Below are positions 45,793 to 56,414 of a stretch of 64,000 nucleotides of DNA, piece after piece. Position 1 is the stretch's first letter, and every line of letters starts with the position of its first letter. The notes beneath the pieces are model-generated. The model saw only the letters and a program-made list of their open reading frames with translations, had not been told where the DNA came from and did not search any database. The DNA comes from Minisyncoccia bacterium. GTDB lineage: Bacteria; Patescibacteriota; Minisyncoccia; Phycocordibacterales; UBA5272. A program made the translations under genes and the position numbers. The stretch is from positions 4,807-68,806 of the forward strand of contig JBBSJU010000003.1 in the NCBI GenBank assembly GCA_038256975.1, in the 5' to 3' direction.

Positions 45793-47532
45793 TTACTCCC
45801 TATTACGGTCTGGTGGCACCGAGAAATAAGACAAAAGAGTGTGTGCTATGTCAAAAAATGGCGTGGTAAGAGTTTGAGAAGCATACTGGGCGCTTGCCCC
45901 ACCTTTTGGGTGAACTTGGTATAAAAGTACAATAAAACGAGGTTCATATGCAGGATAATATCCAAAGAATGAATGCAAGTATGCGTCATCACGATATCCG
46001 CCACCTGCCTTAGGGATTTCAGCCGTACCTGTTTTTGCGGCAAGTGCGTACTCTTTCATTGAGAGCTTTCCTTGAGCAAGCTCTGTGTCTACCACATGTA
46101 CAAGCATTCGAGTGATAGTTTCGCTTGATTCTTTTTTGAGTGTCTGCACCGGTTCTTTGTGCGGAATCTTCTCTCGTGTACCGTCTTTATATAAAATTTC
46201 ATCAGCGACATACGGACTTACGAGATACCCACCATTTGCCAAAACAGCAAGTGCACGAATGGTTGCGATGGGAGTGAGAGCGATACCTTGTCCAAAAGAC
46301 GCAGTGGCGTAGTTTACTTCTTCTTTTGACTGTAAGTTTTTAACTAGATTATTTACTTCATTCGGTAAATCTATTCCTGTTTTTTCTACAAAGGCATACA
46401 CCTCTCGGAAATAACGAGCAAATTCTTTCTGTCCCATTTGTTGCATTATAAATGTTACTCCAGTGTTTAAAGACTTGTTGAGGACTTCCTGCATCGAAAC
46501 AATGCCCCGTATCTTTTTGTCAAAATTACTTACTTTATAGCCATTCAAAACAAGCGAGCCTTTATCGTTATATGTTGTCTCAGGTGTTACAACACCAGCA
46601 TCTATCCCCGCTGCCATGGTGAGCGCTTTAATAATTGAACCCATTTCAAATACTGACTCAACGTTTGGATTTACAAAACGTGCCGTTTTATATTCGGCGT
46701 ATGTGTTTGGATCGAACGATGGCAATGAATCCATAGCTAAAATCTTACCTGTTCTTGGGTCCATGATTATTCCACCAACCATTTCCGGACTCCACTTTTC
46801 CTGTACCGACACGAGTGCTTTATGAAGAACGTCGAGAGTCAACGGATCCATGGTAAGCACAATGTCTGCATCTTCTTTTTTCACCTTGGCACGAAGTGTG
46901 TCGTCGATGTCTGAAAACACATCAGCAAAAACATTAATTGGCGCACTACTGATACGCTCTAAAGTATCCTCGTAACTACGCTCAAGTCCATACTGTCCAC
47001 GAAAAGTGGCTCCATCGCTTCCTACAAATCCAACTACCTGGCTACCTGTTGATTGCTGTGGATATATTCGGCGATAATTTTTATTAAAGAAAAGTCCAGA
47101 TATCTTTTTCTCTTTTAAAACATCAACTGATTTTTTTGAAACATCTTTTACAATTTCCTCATACGGATCATCCGTCTTGGCTGTTTTTTGACGAATAAGA
47201 CTGCCATCAAAAGTAACACCAGCTTGTGTTAATTCCCTCAGAAGTCCGTCTACACTTACAATCCGGTTTGGCTGTATTGCAAGAGTATAATATTCTTCGA
47301 GTGAAGCAATAGGAACCTCTTCACCACCCTTTGCTTTTAAAAAAATGTTTCCTCTGTTGAAGATTGGAGTAACCACAGGTACATACTGCCCTTCTGCTTG
47401 TTTTTTATACTCCTTACCTTGCACACCTTGTACGAATACAAGTCGAACAATAAAAAGAAGTACAACAACCGTGGCAACAATACTAAAGAGCGGGACTCGG
47501 TCTATAGAAGAAACAAATGTGCGTGGAGCCAT
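45793..47532 (-). CDS. ftsI: penicillin-binding protein, class B transpeptidase (FtsI/PBP3-like)
   Basis: N-terminal TM and PBP dimerisation domain. SxxK (GSIIKALT), SxN and KTGTAEI motifs. Sits in the dcw cluster. Confidence 0.85.
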   Translation of the reverse strand: MAPRTFVSSIDRVPLFSIVATVVVLLFIVRLVFVQGVQGKEYKKQAEGQYVPVVTPIFNRGNIFLKAKGGEEVPIASLEEYYTLAIQPNRIVSVDGLLRELTQAGVTFDGSLIRQKTAKTDDPYEEIVKDVSKKSVDVLKEKKISGLFFNKNYRRIYPQQSTGSQVVGFVGSDGATFRGQYGLERSYEDTLERISSAPINVFADVFSDIDDTLRAKVKKEDADIVLTMDPLTLDVLHKALVSVQEKWSPEMVGGIIMDPRTGKILAMDSLPSFDPNTYAEYKTARFVNPNVESVFEMGSIIKALTMAAGIDAGVVTPETTYNDKGSLVLNGYKVSNFDKKIRGIVSMQEVLNKSLNTGVTFIMQQMGQKEFARYFREVYAFVEKTGIDLPNEVNNLVKNLQSKEEVNYATASFGQGIALTPIATIRALAVLANGGYLVSPYVADEILYKDGTREKIPHKEPVQTLKKESSETITRMLVHVVDTELAQGKLSMKEYALAAKTGTAEIPKAGGGYRDDAYLHSFFGYYPAYEPRFIVLLYQVHPKGGASAQYASQTLTTPFFDIAHTLLSYFSVPPDRNRE

Positions 47533-47558
47533 GGATGCTCATTGTAAAGACTCTCTCC

Positions 47559-47858
47559 TTATTGCGCAAATCCGACTGCAGTTACATCTCGTGAGTCAAT
47601 ATAGGCCGCAACTCGAGATTGTGTACCCACAGGGAAACCAAGGGAAAGCAGTTTTGTTTTTTCTGAAAGCACTTCTTCTTGTTTTGCAACAAGCGCAGCA
47701 ACTTTTTGTGCTTCTTGATTCAATGACTTGCGTCCTACAACATCAAACGTAATCATCCCGACTGTACCGCAATACGCAATAGTAGAAAAAACAAACAACG
47801 CCCACACAAGCGTGTGTGTTGGTATTCTGAATATGTTTTGGATTGTCTGTTTTTTCAT
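47559..47858 (-). CDS. ftsL: cell division protein FtsL-like (small bitopic membrane protein)
   Basis: Start at MKKQTIQ (47858) abuts the rsmH stop (47861). Single TM plus a short coiled-coil. Lies between rsmH and ftsI as in canonical dcw clusters. Confidence 0.5.
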   Translation of the reverse strand: MKKQTIQNIFRIPTHTLVWALFVFSTIAYCGTVGMITFDVVGRKSLNQEAQKVAALVAKQEEVLSEKTKLLSLGFPVGTQSRVAAYIDSRDVTAVGFAQ

Positions 47859-47860
47859 AA

Positions 47861-48757
47861 TTATTTTTTTATATACACTCGTAATTTTGCGCTGCGTGAT
47901 CGTGGATTTTCTTTTTCTTCTTGAAGAGTTGGTGTCACCGGTTTTTTTGTAACTGGTTGCCAATCTTCTTTGTTATCTCTAAAATAGTTTTTCACTAATC
48001 GGTCCTCTACACTGTGAAATGAAATGAACCCGACCCGACTCCCCGAGATAACGGCCTCTGGAAGCGAATGAAGTAGCTCTTGAAGGGCACCAACTTCGTC
48101 ATTGACCGCCATCCGAATGGCTTGAAAGGTTTTTGTCGCTGGATGAATCTTTCCTTTCTTGTATGCCACCGGAACTGCGTGATACACAATGTCGGCAAGT
48201 TGTTTTGTTGTCGTAATAGGTTTAACTTCTCGTGCCTCAACGATATTACGAGCAATTCTTCCGGCAAATGACTCATCACTAAATCCTTTGAGGATGTCTA
48301 CCAGGGTCTCCTGTAACCATTCATTTACTACTGTGTATGCAGTAATAAGAGCGTCAGGGCGAGAAGAAAGTGTCATTTGAAGAGGTTCTTCTTTTTGAAA
48401 CGTAAAACCACGTCCTGAAGTGTCGAGCTCCTGCGAACTTAAACCTAGGTCTGCAAGAAGAACATCTACGTGTGTAATCTTTTTTTCTTTAAGCACACCT
48501 ACAACATGCCGAAAGTTTGTTTCACACACAATGACATGAGGGATATTTTTTCCAAGTTCTTTTTCAAGAACTTTTTTCCCTTCCTCGAGCGCTACGTGAT
48601 CAAGATCAAAACCAATGAGTGTCCCCTCTTTACCTATTTTTTTTGCTAGTTCCACACTGTGCCCTGCACGATTGAATGTACAATCAAGCACGATGTTTCC
48701 GTGTTTTGGCCCAAGGAGGTCTATTGTTTCCTGTAAAAGAACTGGAATGTGTCCCAT
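47861..48757 (-). CDS. rsmH: 16S rRNA (cytosine1402-N4)-methyltransferase RsmH (MraW)
   Basis: MGHIPVLLQETIDLL N-terminus. SAM-binding DCTFNRAGHS. Confidence 0.9.
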   Translation of the reverse strand: MGHIPVLLQETIDLLGPKHGNIVLDCTFNRAGHSVELAKKIGKEGTLIGFDLDHVALEEGKKVLEKELGKNIPHVIVCETNFRHVVGVLKEKKITHVDVLLADLGLSSQELDTSGRGFTFQKEEPLQMTLSSRPDALITAYTVVNEWLQETLVDILKGFSDESFAGRIARNIVEAREVKPITTTKQLADIVYHAVPVAYKKGKIHPATKTFQAIRMAVNDEVGALQELLHSLPEAVISGSRVGFISFHSVEDRLVKNYFRDNKEDWQPVTKKPVTPTLQEEKENPRSRSAKLRVYIKK

Positions 48758-48760
48758 ACC

Positions 48761-49195
48761 CTAGATGAGACCAACTTCTCCGAGTTTTTCTGCCAATGCA
48801 TCCGCTTCTTGAGCTACATTCTTCACATATGTACTCCATCGTGTTTCATCCCAAATTTCCACACGATTTTGTACGCCCGTAAGAATCACTTTTTCTTGAA
48901 GCCCTGCAAAGTCTTTTAAAAACTCTGGAACCAAGATACGTCCAGCTGAATCAATTTCTACTTCTTCTGCACCACCGAGTAAAAATCGATTGAAACTTCG
49001 TGTACTAGCGTTACCAAATCCGAGATTACCAAGCTTAGATGCTATCGTTTGCCACTCTTTAATACTGTAGACAAAAATACAGTGATCGAGACCGTTTGTC
49101 AGCACTACTTTTTTTCCAAGTTCTTTTCTAAACTTCGCAGGAAGCGAAATTCTTTTTTTAGGATCTAAAGTATGTACGTGTTGGCCAATTAACAT
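48761..49195 (-). CDS. mraZ: transcriptional regulator MraZ
   Basis: Start at MLIGQHVHTLDPKKRISLPAKFR. Two MraZ half-domains (DxxxR motifs). 145 aa. Confidence 0.85.
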   Translation of the reverse strand: MLIGQHVHTLDPKKRISLPAKFRKELGKKVVLTNGLDHCIFVYSIKEWQTIASKLGNLGFGNASTRSFNRFLLGGAEEVEIDSAGRILVPEFLKDFAGLQEKVILTGVQNRVEIWDETRWSTYVKNVAQEADALAEKLGEVGLI

Positions 49196-49293
49196 TGTAT
49201 TCTTAGGTGGAAATGAAACATGCCACTTCATCCCACTTGATGACATTATATACCACTTCATGAAACGTTGCTACCACCCTGTTCCACAGTTAT

Positions 49294-49331
49294 CCACATA
49301 AAAAGCCGCCTTTTGGCGGCTTTTTATGTGG
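49294..49331. terminator. bidirectional rho-independent terminator (lysS 3' end / upstream of mraZ)
   Basis: ccacataaaaagccgcc-tttt-ggcggctttttatgtgg: extended perfect palindrome. Confidence 0.65.
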
Positions 49332-49342
49332 ATAAAGACCTC

Positions 49343-50800
49343 TTATTCCTTTGGTCTCATTAAAGGAAACAGCTGAGTCTCACGAATCGGCTTATCAACT
49401 AAGAACGAAAACAATCTTTCTCCAAAACCAAATCCACACGTAGGCGGCATGCCGTGTTCGAGCATTTCAACGAATTCCCAATCAGGCATCATAGCTTCCT
49501 TGTCTCCTGCTTTCAATAATTCCTGTTGGTGTTCAAATCGAGCGCGTTGGTCTAAAGGGTCATTAAGCTCAGAATACCCCTTGCCTAGTTCTGCCCCACC
49601 AAGCAGCACTTGGAATTGCTCTACGTATTCTTTATTTTGCGCATCACGTTTTGCGAGCGGCTGCATGAAGTCTGGATATCCAATCACAAATGCCGGGCCA
49701 GAGATATTTTTACGACAATATTTCCACAATGCATCGACAAGGCGTTCTTTTGTTTTTCCATCATGTTTTACGTGAAGTTCTAATAATTTTGCTTCAATAT
49801 CATCCACTGTTGCAGCTAATACATCTAGTCCTGTTTGTTTTTTTATTTCTTCAACATACTGAATTTTTGTCCATTCATCTGCAAGGTCGAAGGTATGTCC
49901 ACGAGTTGTGAAAGATGTCTTATTAAACACCTCTGTTGCTATTCTCCGGTACATTTCTTTTACCAAATCCATTCCCATATTGTAGTCTGCGTACGCCCAA
50001 TAAAACTCCATATTCGTAAACTCTTGAAGATGGTTTGGACTTGAGCCTTCATTTCTATAAACGCGGCCTATTTCATACGTCTTTGGAAAACCAGCTGCCA
50101 TGAGACGTTTTTGCCACAATTCCCCAACGGAAATACGGAGATATACATCGAGGTCGTAATCATTATGATGTGTCGCAAATGGCGCAGCCTCAGCTCCACC
50201 TGTAGTAACTTCAAGTGTTGGGGTGTCCACCGCCATAAAACCTTTTTCTTCTAAGAAGTTTCTGGTTGCTCGCCAAAACTTTGTCTTAAGGAAGAACATG
50301 TCTCTCACTTCACTATTGGTAAGTATGTCGAGATAGCGCTTACGGAAACGTTCATCGTCATCCTGAATTCCATGCCATTTTTCAGGTAAAGATAATAGAG
50401 ATTTTGTCGCCAACACAAACCGTGTTGCCTGCATGCTTTGCTCGCCGCGCTGTGTCACAAAAAAAGTTCCTGCAAAAGAAACAAAATCTCCTATATCAAT
50501 CAAATCAACAAATTGTTGCAGTACTTCTTCACCAAGGACGTCTTTTTTAAGCACTATCTGAAACTGCGATGTGCCATCGTATAACACAATAAAAAGAATT
50601 GCCCCTTGGCCACGAATCGCCATAATCCGTCCCGCAACACTTTTTTCATCTCCGCTTTTTTCTAAAGTTTCAAAAGTATCTTTTACCTCACTTAGGGCAA
50701 TATCCCGAGGAACAGTGCTCGGATACGGAGCTATCCCTAAAGCCTCCAATTTCCTGAGTTTTTCTATACGGATATCCTTGATTTCTTCTTGTGATGCCAT
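49343..50800 (-). CDS. lysS: lysine--tRNA ligase (class II)
   Basis: N-terminal OB anticodon-binding domain. Class II motifs 1-3 (YRNEGSSPNHLQEFTNMEFY, GGAELGKGYSELNDP, GFGFGERL). Confidence 0.9.
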   Translation of the reverse strand: MASQEEIKDIRIEKLRKLEALGIAPYPSTVPRDIALSEVKDTFETLEKSGDEKSVAGRIMAIRGQGAILFIVLYDGTSQFQIVLKKDVLGEEVLQQFVDLIDIGDFVSFAGTFFVTQRGEQSMQATRFVLATKSLLSLPEKWHGIQDDDERFRKRYLDILTNSEVRDMFFLKTKFWRATRNFLEEKGFMAVDTPTLEVTTGGAEAAPFATHHNDYDLDVYLRISVGELWQKRLMAAGFPKTYEIGRVYRNEGSSPNHLQEFTNMEFYWAYADYNMGMDLVKEMYRRIATEVFNKTSFTTRGHTFDLADEWTKIQYVEEIKKQTGLDVLAATVDDIEAKLLELHVKHDGKTKERLVDALWKYCRKNISGPAFVIGYPDFMQPLAKRDAQNKEYVEQFQVLLGGAELGKGYSELNDPLDQRARFEHQQELLKAGDKEAMMPDWEFVEMLEHGMPPTCGFGFGERLFSFLVDKPIRETQLFPLMRPKE

Positions 50801-50869
50801 GATAGTTTTAACTGTAACAAAAAAAGCGGCTATAAACCACTTTTCTGTTTTGTGAGTTTTCTCTCCAGA

Positions 50870-51328
50870 TTATTCGATTGAGTCTATTGTGTACTCAACG
50901 ACACCTTTTGGAGTTACAATACTTACTGTGTCACCTACCTTCTTGTTCATGAGCGCCTCACCAATTGGAGAGTGAAATGAAATTTTTCCTGATGCAGTGT
51001 CGGCCTCTTCACCTCCTACAATAGTAAATGTCCGTTTTGTTTTGTCGCCCTTTTTGATTAACATAACAGTAGAGCCAACAGAGACCGTGTCTGTGGAGTG
51101 CTTTGTGGCTACTTTGGCCGTTTTGAGAATGTGTTCAATCTTAGAAATGCGATCTTCAAGCTTTGCCTGATCCTCTCGTGCTTGGGCGTATTCTGCATTT
51201 TCAGAAAGATCTCCCAAAGACTTCGCATACACAAGAGAGTCCGTAATTTGCTTACGGCCTTGGGTCTGGAGCCCGAGAAGCTCTTCCTTTAGCTCCTTAA
51301 ACTTTTCTTTAGTGAGTATTTCTACCAT
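50870..51328 (-). CDS. greA: transcription elongation factor GreA
   Basis: N-terminal coiled-coil with GDLSENAEYAQAREDQ. C-terminal FKBP-like domain. Confidence 0.9.
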   Translation of the reverse strand: MVEILTKEKFKELKEELLGLQTQGRKQITDSLVYAKSLGDLSENAEYAQAREDQAKLEDRISKIEHILKTAKVATKHSTDTVSVGSTVMLIKKGDKTKRTFTIVGGEEADTASGKISFHSPIGEALMNKKVGDTVSIVTPKGVVEYTIDSIE

Positions 51329-51395
51329 GGTGGAGAATTATACACCAAAAAGATAATTTTGAGAAGAGACCCTTATAAATAAAGGCTATTTTGGT

Positions 51396-53159
51396 TTATA
51401 GCGGGGTGACACCTTCCTCTAGTCCAGTTCCTATCTCGGTAGTAGTTGCTGTATTGGATTTTGGGCCTTCATTACGAAGGGCTGCGTACTGAGGTCGGTT
51501 TTGAGCAATCCACTGTAAAATTCCCAAACTTGTCTTACCTGCACCAAAGACGGTATCAACAGGCCCATTCTCCAAAACAACAACAAAGGCGTACCGCGGG
51601 TTTTGATATGGGAAAAAGCCCGTCATCCAGGAATTAACTCTCCCTTTACGAATCCCTATTTCAGCAGTTCCTGATTTTGCCGCAACTGAAAAGCCTGCTT
51701 GTTGTAAGACTGGTGATGAACCAGAAACAACTGTTTGCCGCATGCCTTCACGAATAACCTGCAAATCTTCTTTCGAAACAACATACCTTGTTTCTGTCTT
51801 GCTCACCCTTGGTGCAATAGTCTGCACCAAATACGGCACAATAAGCCGTCCTCCATTTGCAATACTTGCAACCGAGCGGGCAAGCTGTATTGGGGTCACT
51901 TGTGATCCATATTGTCCGATTGAGGTGTGGTACGTATTCCCTAAACGCCACTCTTCATTAAATGTTTTCAGCTTCCATTCTGGAGTTGGAATGAGCCCGG
52001 TAGACTCACCCGGCAAATCAATTCCTGTGGTTTCAGCAAAACCAAACTTTCTCAAATACTCGTCTATTTTCTGTATTCCTAAACCTTTTTGGTCACCATA
52101 TCCACCGCCAATAGTATAGAAGTATACGTCTGAAGATACCGCGATCGCTTCACGCATATCAGTATATCCATGTATCTTCCAATCTCGAAACACAGTATCA
52201 GGACCGCCATACGGATTTTTTACAGTAATCGAACCACGACTTTCTATTTGTTTCAACGGACTTATCACATCTTCCTCTAGCGCTGCAAGAGCCATGAAAG
52301 GCTTAACGGTTGATCCCGGAGAGTAGAGTCCCGAAATAGCACGATTAAGAAATGGTTTCGCGTCATCGGTTTGAGCTTCGGTAAGTTTTTGTGTCCCCCC
52401 TTCTGTGTTAAGTGTGTACAGTGGAAATGAGGGCGCACTCACAAGAGTAAGAAGTTCTCCTGTATCTATATCAATCACAATAGCTGCACCACCTTTAAAA
52501 CCACCCTCTTGCATGGCTTGTTGCAGAACAGCGTAGGAAGCGTCTTGAAGTTCTGCATCTATGGTAAGTGTCAAATTAGTTCCATCCTCTGGCTCTTCTG
52601 TGACATGGATATCTGTCGTCTCACCAAGTGCGTCTACTTGTACAATACGTTTACCATTAACACCCGAAAGAACATCATTGTATTTCTTTTCAAGACCATC
52701 TAACCCAAGATACTCCGTCTGCCAATATCTTCCTGATGTATCTTTTTTAGGATAACTTACAAAGCCAATGAGTGGTGCCATGCCGTCCAGTGGTGCATAT
52801 TCTCGTTTTGCAATTTCAATATGCGTTGTCGTACCGACATTACGGATAAGCGCCATGCCATTTCTGTCGTACATAATTCCTCGCGAACCAAAAAGCGGGG
52901 TTGAAATGATTCGATTATTTTCAGATTTCTTAACAAACTCTTCACCTTGCAATACTTGAAGGGAAAAAGACTTCACGAGTCCTGTAGCAACAAAAAGCGT
53001 GATAACAACACCGACCGTAATAACCACTTTCGAAGAAACAGGTTTTTCTAATCTCCCTTCGAATGTATCTTGATTAAATTGAGGAACATTTTTCGCATCA
53101 AGAAAAATTTCATCTGGAGATATCTCAATAGTGGTTTTTTTTCTGCGAAAGAAATTCAT
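51396..53159 (-). CDS. mrdA: penicillin-binding protein 2 (elongasome transpeptidase)
   Basis: Start at MNFFRRKK (53159). TM, pedestal domain, STVKPF (SxxK), SSD (SxN) and KSGTAEI motifs. Downstream of mreC. Confidence 0.85.
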   Translation of the reverse strand: MNFFRRKKTTIEISPDEIFLDAKNVPQFNQDTFEGRLEKPVSSKVVITVGVVITLFVATGLVKSFSLQVLQGEEFVKKSENNRIISTPLFGSRGIMYDRNGMALIRNVGTTTHIEIAKREYAPLDGMAPLIGFVSYPKKDTSGRYWQTEYLGLDGLEKKYNDVLSGVNGKRIVQVDALGETTDIHVTEEPEDGTNLTLTIDAELQDASYAVLQQAMQEGGFKGGAAIVIDIDTGELLTLVSAPSFPLYTLNTEGGTQKLTEAQTDDAKPFLNRAISGLYSPGSTVKPFMALAALEEDVISPLKQIESRGSITVKNPYGGPDTVFRDWKIHGYTDMREAIAVSSDVYFYTIGGGYGDQKGLGIQKIDEYLRKFGFAETTGIDLPGESTGLIPTPEWKLKTFNEEWRLGNTYHTSIGQYGSQVTPIQLARSVASIANGGRLIVPYLVQTIAPRVSKTETRYVVSKEDLQVIREGMRQTVVSGSSPVLQQAGFSVAAKSGTAEIGIRKGRVNSWMTGFFPYQNPRYAFVVVLENGPVDTVFGAGKTSLGILQWIAQNRPQYAALRNEGPKSNTATTTEIGTGLEEGVTPL

Positions 53160-53163
53160 AATT

Positions 53164-53307
53164 TTATATTCGCAAGAATGGAGAGAAAAGTCGATAGATA
53201 ATAGCAACTACCACCACTACAATAGTGGTCTTTGGGAGATTGTCACTAAACCACATATCAAAAATAAGTGCTAAAAAAAGAATAATCAAAAAGATGGTCT
53301 TTCTCAT
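53164..53307 (-). CDS. small hydrophobic ORF (47 aa) between mreC and mrdA; possible minimal MreD-like membrane peptide
   Basis: MRKTIFLIILFLALIFDMWFSDNLPKTTIVVVVAIIYRLFSPFLRI. It occupies the position of mreD but is far shorter than canonical MreD. Below the ORF-track length cutoff. Confidence 0.25.
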   Translation of the reverse strand: MRKTIFLIILFLALIFDMWFSDNLPKTTIVVVVVAIIYRLFSPFLRI

Positions 53308-54086
53308 GGCAGTTCTTCAATTCGAACAACGTCGATCATTTGCGGATGAAACGGTATGTGTATAAAGATTTCTTTCGAGCGGTCACCTTCGTTATCTTTT
53401 ATTTTTTTAACTGTACCAACGATTAAACGAGGGTGTGCGTCGTAGAAAAAAACATCTCCGATATCAAAATTCATTTCGTGTGGAACCTCAACAATATAGA
53501 CCCCATCATCAATACCTCGCAATGTTAAAACTATTCCTTCTTTACTTGTTCGTGCTAGTAAATTTTCTCCATTCCAAGACAAAGCAACCAGAGATGTTTT
53601 TGTGTCAACCTCTTTCACAACTCCAATAAACGTATCCTGAGGACCAACAACAAGTTGTCCGATATGCATATCATCAGGTGCGCCTTTATTGAGACGAAAT
53701 GTGTTATGGACAATCGTGTCTACGCTTCCAATACGTTTTGCAAACAATACAGACGAGCTTGCTGTTGGACTCTGACGTTCATATTTTTGTAAAGCATCTT
53801 TCAAGATAGTGACTTCGAGATACTTTGCTCTTTCTTCATCAAGAAGCTTATTGAGAAGTATATTTTCTTGATACAGGGCATTATTTGAAGCAACATACAA
53901 GTACATTCGATGAAAAACAGATGCGCCCGAAATATAAACTCGAGACGAAAAGAAACCTAAAGATTCTAAAACAGGAATACCCAACTGTTTAAACGGCGAC
54001 CACAAAAACACAAGCAAGACAAAAATAGTAATGTATATAAAAACTTTTTTAAGGTTCTTATTAGAATCGCGGCGAGATATCATCAT
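53304..54086 (-). CDS. mreC: rod shape-determining protein MreC
   Basis: N-terminal TM, coiled-coil, then beta-rich C-terminal domains with conserved Gly patterns (GLVVG-like QLVVGPQ). Overlaps the mreB stop. Confidence 0.7.
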   Translation of the reverse strand: MMISRRDSNKNLKKVFIYITIFVLLVFLWSPFKQLGIPVLESLGFFSSRVYISGASVFHRMYLYVASNNALYQENILLNKLLDEERAKYLEVTILKDALQKYERQSPTASSSVLFAKRIGSVDTIVHNTFRLNKGAPDDMHIGQLVVGPQDTFIGVVKEVDTKTSLVALSWNGENLLARTSKEGIVLTLRGIDDGVYIVEVPHEMNFDIGDVFFYDAHPRLIVGTVKKIKDNEGDRSKEIFIHIPFHPQMIDVVRIEELP

Positions 54087-55110
54087 GGTTAGTAATGAGA
54101 ACTTCTTTATATTTATCGAGATCTTCTAAAATTATACCCGTTCCACGCGCGACAGCCGAAAGAGGGTCGTCGGCAACAGTAACAGGAATCTTTAAATGTA
54201 GTTGCATAAGTTCGGGCAATCCTCGGATAAGCGCGGTACCACCTGCAAGAATAACCCCCTTATGCATAACATCCGAAAGAATTTCTGGCGGTGTTGTCTC
54301 AAGTACTTCTTTGATAGAGTCAATAATTTGCATAATCGAAGGAGAAAGCGCTTCGCGAATATCCGCATCGGTTACCACTACTTCTCGAGGAAGTCCGGTA
54401 ACTAAATCTCGGCCACGAGCAACCATTTCCATTGGCTCTCCTTCAATAACTCCACCAATAGTAATTTTTATACTCTCAGCAGTTTTTTCACCAATCAGTA
54501 ATTTGAACTCGTCTTTGAGGTACGAAATGATGTCACTACTCAATCTGTCACCAGCAATTTTAAGCGATTTAGAACGCACAATACCCGCAAGAGAAATAAC
54601 AGCAATGTCTGTTGTACCACCACCCATATCAACAATCATGGACCCAATAGCATCTTGAATTGGAAGACGTATTCCAATAGCGGCAGCCATGGGCTCTTCA
54701 ACAATGTACACTTCTCGTGCCCCAGCATTTTTTGTAGCGTCGTATACCGCACGAATTTCTACGTTTGTAATTCCTGTTGGCACACCAACGACAACACGAG
54801 GATTGATAGGTTTTCGCACAACATCATTTACCTTATTCATCAAGTACAACATCATTTCTTCAGTAACTTCAAAATCAGAAATAACACCGTCAACGAGTGG
54901 ACGAATTGCTTTAATATGCGCAGGAGTACGACCAAGCATAAGTTTTGCCTGTTCGCCCACGGCCACAACACGTCCTGTTTTTTGGTTGACCGCAACAACC
55001 GAAGGTTCATTGATTACGATTCCGTGTCCGCCCAAATACACCAAGGTATTTGCAGTACCAAGATCAATTCCAACATCATTAGAATATAGTTTTCGCAGAC
55101 GACTCAACAT
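54061..55110 (-). CDS. mreB: rod shape-determining protein MreB
   Basis: GIDLGTANTLVY phosphate-1 motif. Actin-fold motifs throughout. 349 aa. Confidence 0.9.
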   Translation of the reverse strand: MLSRLRKLYSNDVGIDLGTANTLVYLGGHGIVINEPSVVAVNQKTGRVVAVGEQAKLMLGRTPAHIKAIRPLVDGVISDFEVTEEMMLYLMNKVNDVVRKPINPRVVVGVPTGITNVEIRAVYDATKNAGAREVYIVEEPMAAAIGIRLPIQDAIGSMIVDMGGGTTDIAVISLAGIVRSKSLKIAGDRLSSDIISYLKDEFKLLIGEKTAESIKITIGGVIEGEPMEMVARGRDLVTGLPREVVVTDADIREALSPSIMQIIDSIKEVLETTPPEILSDVMHKGVILAGGTALIRGLPELMQLHLKIPVTVADDPLSAVARGTGIILEDLDKYKEVLITNHDDISPRF

Positions 55111-55168
55111 AATCTTCGTACCCTTAAGAGTACCCTAGTTTAGAACATTTCGCCAATAAATCCGGTCT

Positions 55169-56404
55169 CTAAGAAAACATTGCAATACAAGCCTCAATAG
55201 AGATAATCGCAACTTCCCCGTCAGTCCGTTTTTTATATTCTACACCGCCCGCTGCCAAGCTCTTTTCAGTAATCAAAACTCGATGTGGCATGCCAAGCAA
55301 GTCTGCATCATTGAGTTTTATACCAATAGATACATCTCGATCGTCAAAAAGTACCTCTACCCCCTTTGCAGTCAAAGCAACATAGATTTCCTTTGTTTTT
55401 TCGTCCTGTTTGAATGAAAGTAAATGAACTTTAAATGGCGCGATGCTCTCCGGCCAAACAATTCCCTTTTCATCAGAAAGCAGCTCTACAATAGTTCCCA
55501 TGACACGCCCGGGACCAATTCCGTATGAACCCATAATTACTTTTTGCTTCTCTCCTTTGTCATCAACATATGAAAGATCAAACGCGTCTGAGAATTTAGT
55601 TCCCAGAGAGAAAATATTTCCAACCTCAGCTGATTTTACTTGTTTAAGGTTTCCTCTTTCCACACCTAAATCTTTCAACACTTCGTCGTTTAACACCTCT
55701 TCATTGATTGCAATCTTTTTTTCTTCATCCACATAAATAAGATCTTCACCTGCGTCAGTCAGAGTTTGAAACTCGTGAGAATATTTTGAAAACGAACCGC
55801 CAGAAGCAAAAGTAATGTAAGTTTTTTCCCCAATACCCAACCGATTAAACGTCTGAACATACGCTTGCTTTAATTCTTCATATATCTTTGTATGCTCTTC
55901 CTCCGTGCGCGCAAAAGAATACAAATCTTTCATGACAAATTCTCGCCCACGCATAATTCCAGACTTTGCTCGAGTTTCGTTTCTAAACTTTGTTTGAAAT
56001 TGATATACGGAAATCGGTAAGTCACGATATGAACTGATGTAGTTTCGCATCATGTTTGTAATCGGTTCTTCGTGTGTAAAAGAAAGTCCCACCTCGGTAT
56101 CATTTTTCAATTTCGTTTTAAACCACACATCAACAACATCATCAGAGAAGCGTCCTGTTTTATTCCAAACTTCTTTGTCTTGAAGTGCTGTCATCGAAAG
56201 CTCTTGTCCGCCTACTTTATTCATTTCTTCACGAATTACCTGCACAATGTTATTAAAGACTTTAAGTCCAAGAGGTAAATAGACATACGCTCCGGCCATT
56301 TCTTTGTAGACATACCCTGCACGAATAAGTAATTGCGCATTTTTTGAAACCTCGTCAGCAGGAGCTTCTTTTCGTGTCTTAGTAAAAAGTTTTGATTGCA
56401 ACAT
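55169..56404 (-). CDS. proS: proline--tRNA ligase (short bacterial form without INS editing domain)
   Basis: MLQSKLFTKTRKEAPADEVSKNAQLLIRAGYV N-terminus. Class II motifs 2 and 3 (FRNETRAKSGIMRGREFVMKD, GSYGIGPGRV). Confidence 0.8.
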   Translation of the reverse strand: MLQSKLFTKTRKEAPADEVSKNAQLLIRAGYVYKEMAGAYVYLPLGLKVFNNIVQVIREEMNKVGGQELSMTALQDKEVWNKTGRFSDDVVDVWFKTKLKNDTEVGLSFTHEEPITNMMRNYISSYRDLPISVYQFQTKFRNETRAKSGIMRGREFVMKDLYSFARTEEEHTKIYEELKQAYVQTFNRLGIGEKTYITFASGGSFSKYSHEFQTLTDAGEDLIYVDEEKKIAINEEVLNDEVLKDLGVERGNLKQVKSAEVGNIFSLGTKFSDAFDLSYVDDKGEKQKVIMGSYGIGPGRVMGTIVELLSDEKGIVWPESIAPFKVHLLSFKQDEKTKEIYVALTAKGVEVLFDDRDVSIGIKLNDADLLGMPHRVLITEKSLAAGGVEYKKRTDGEVAIISIEACIAMFS

Positions 56405-56414
56405 AAAGAATACA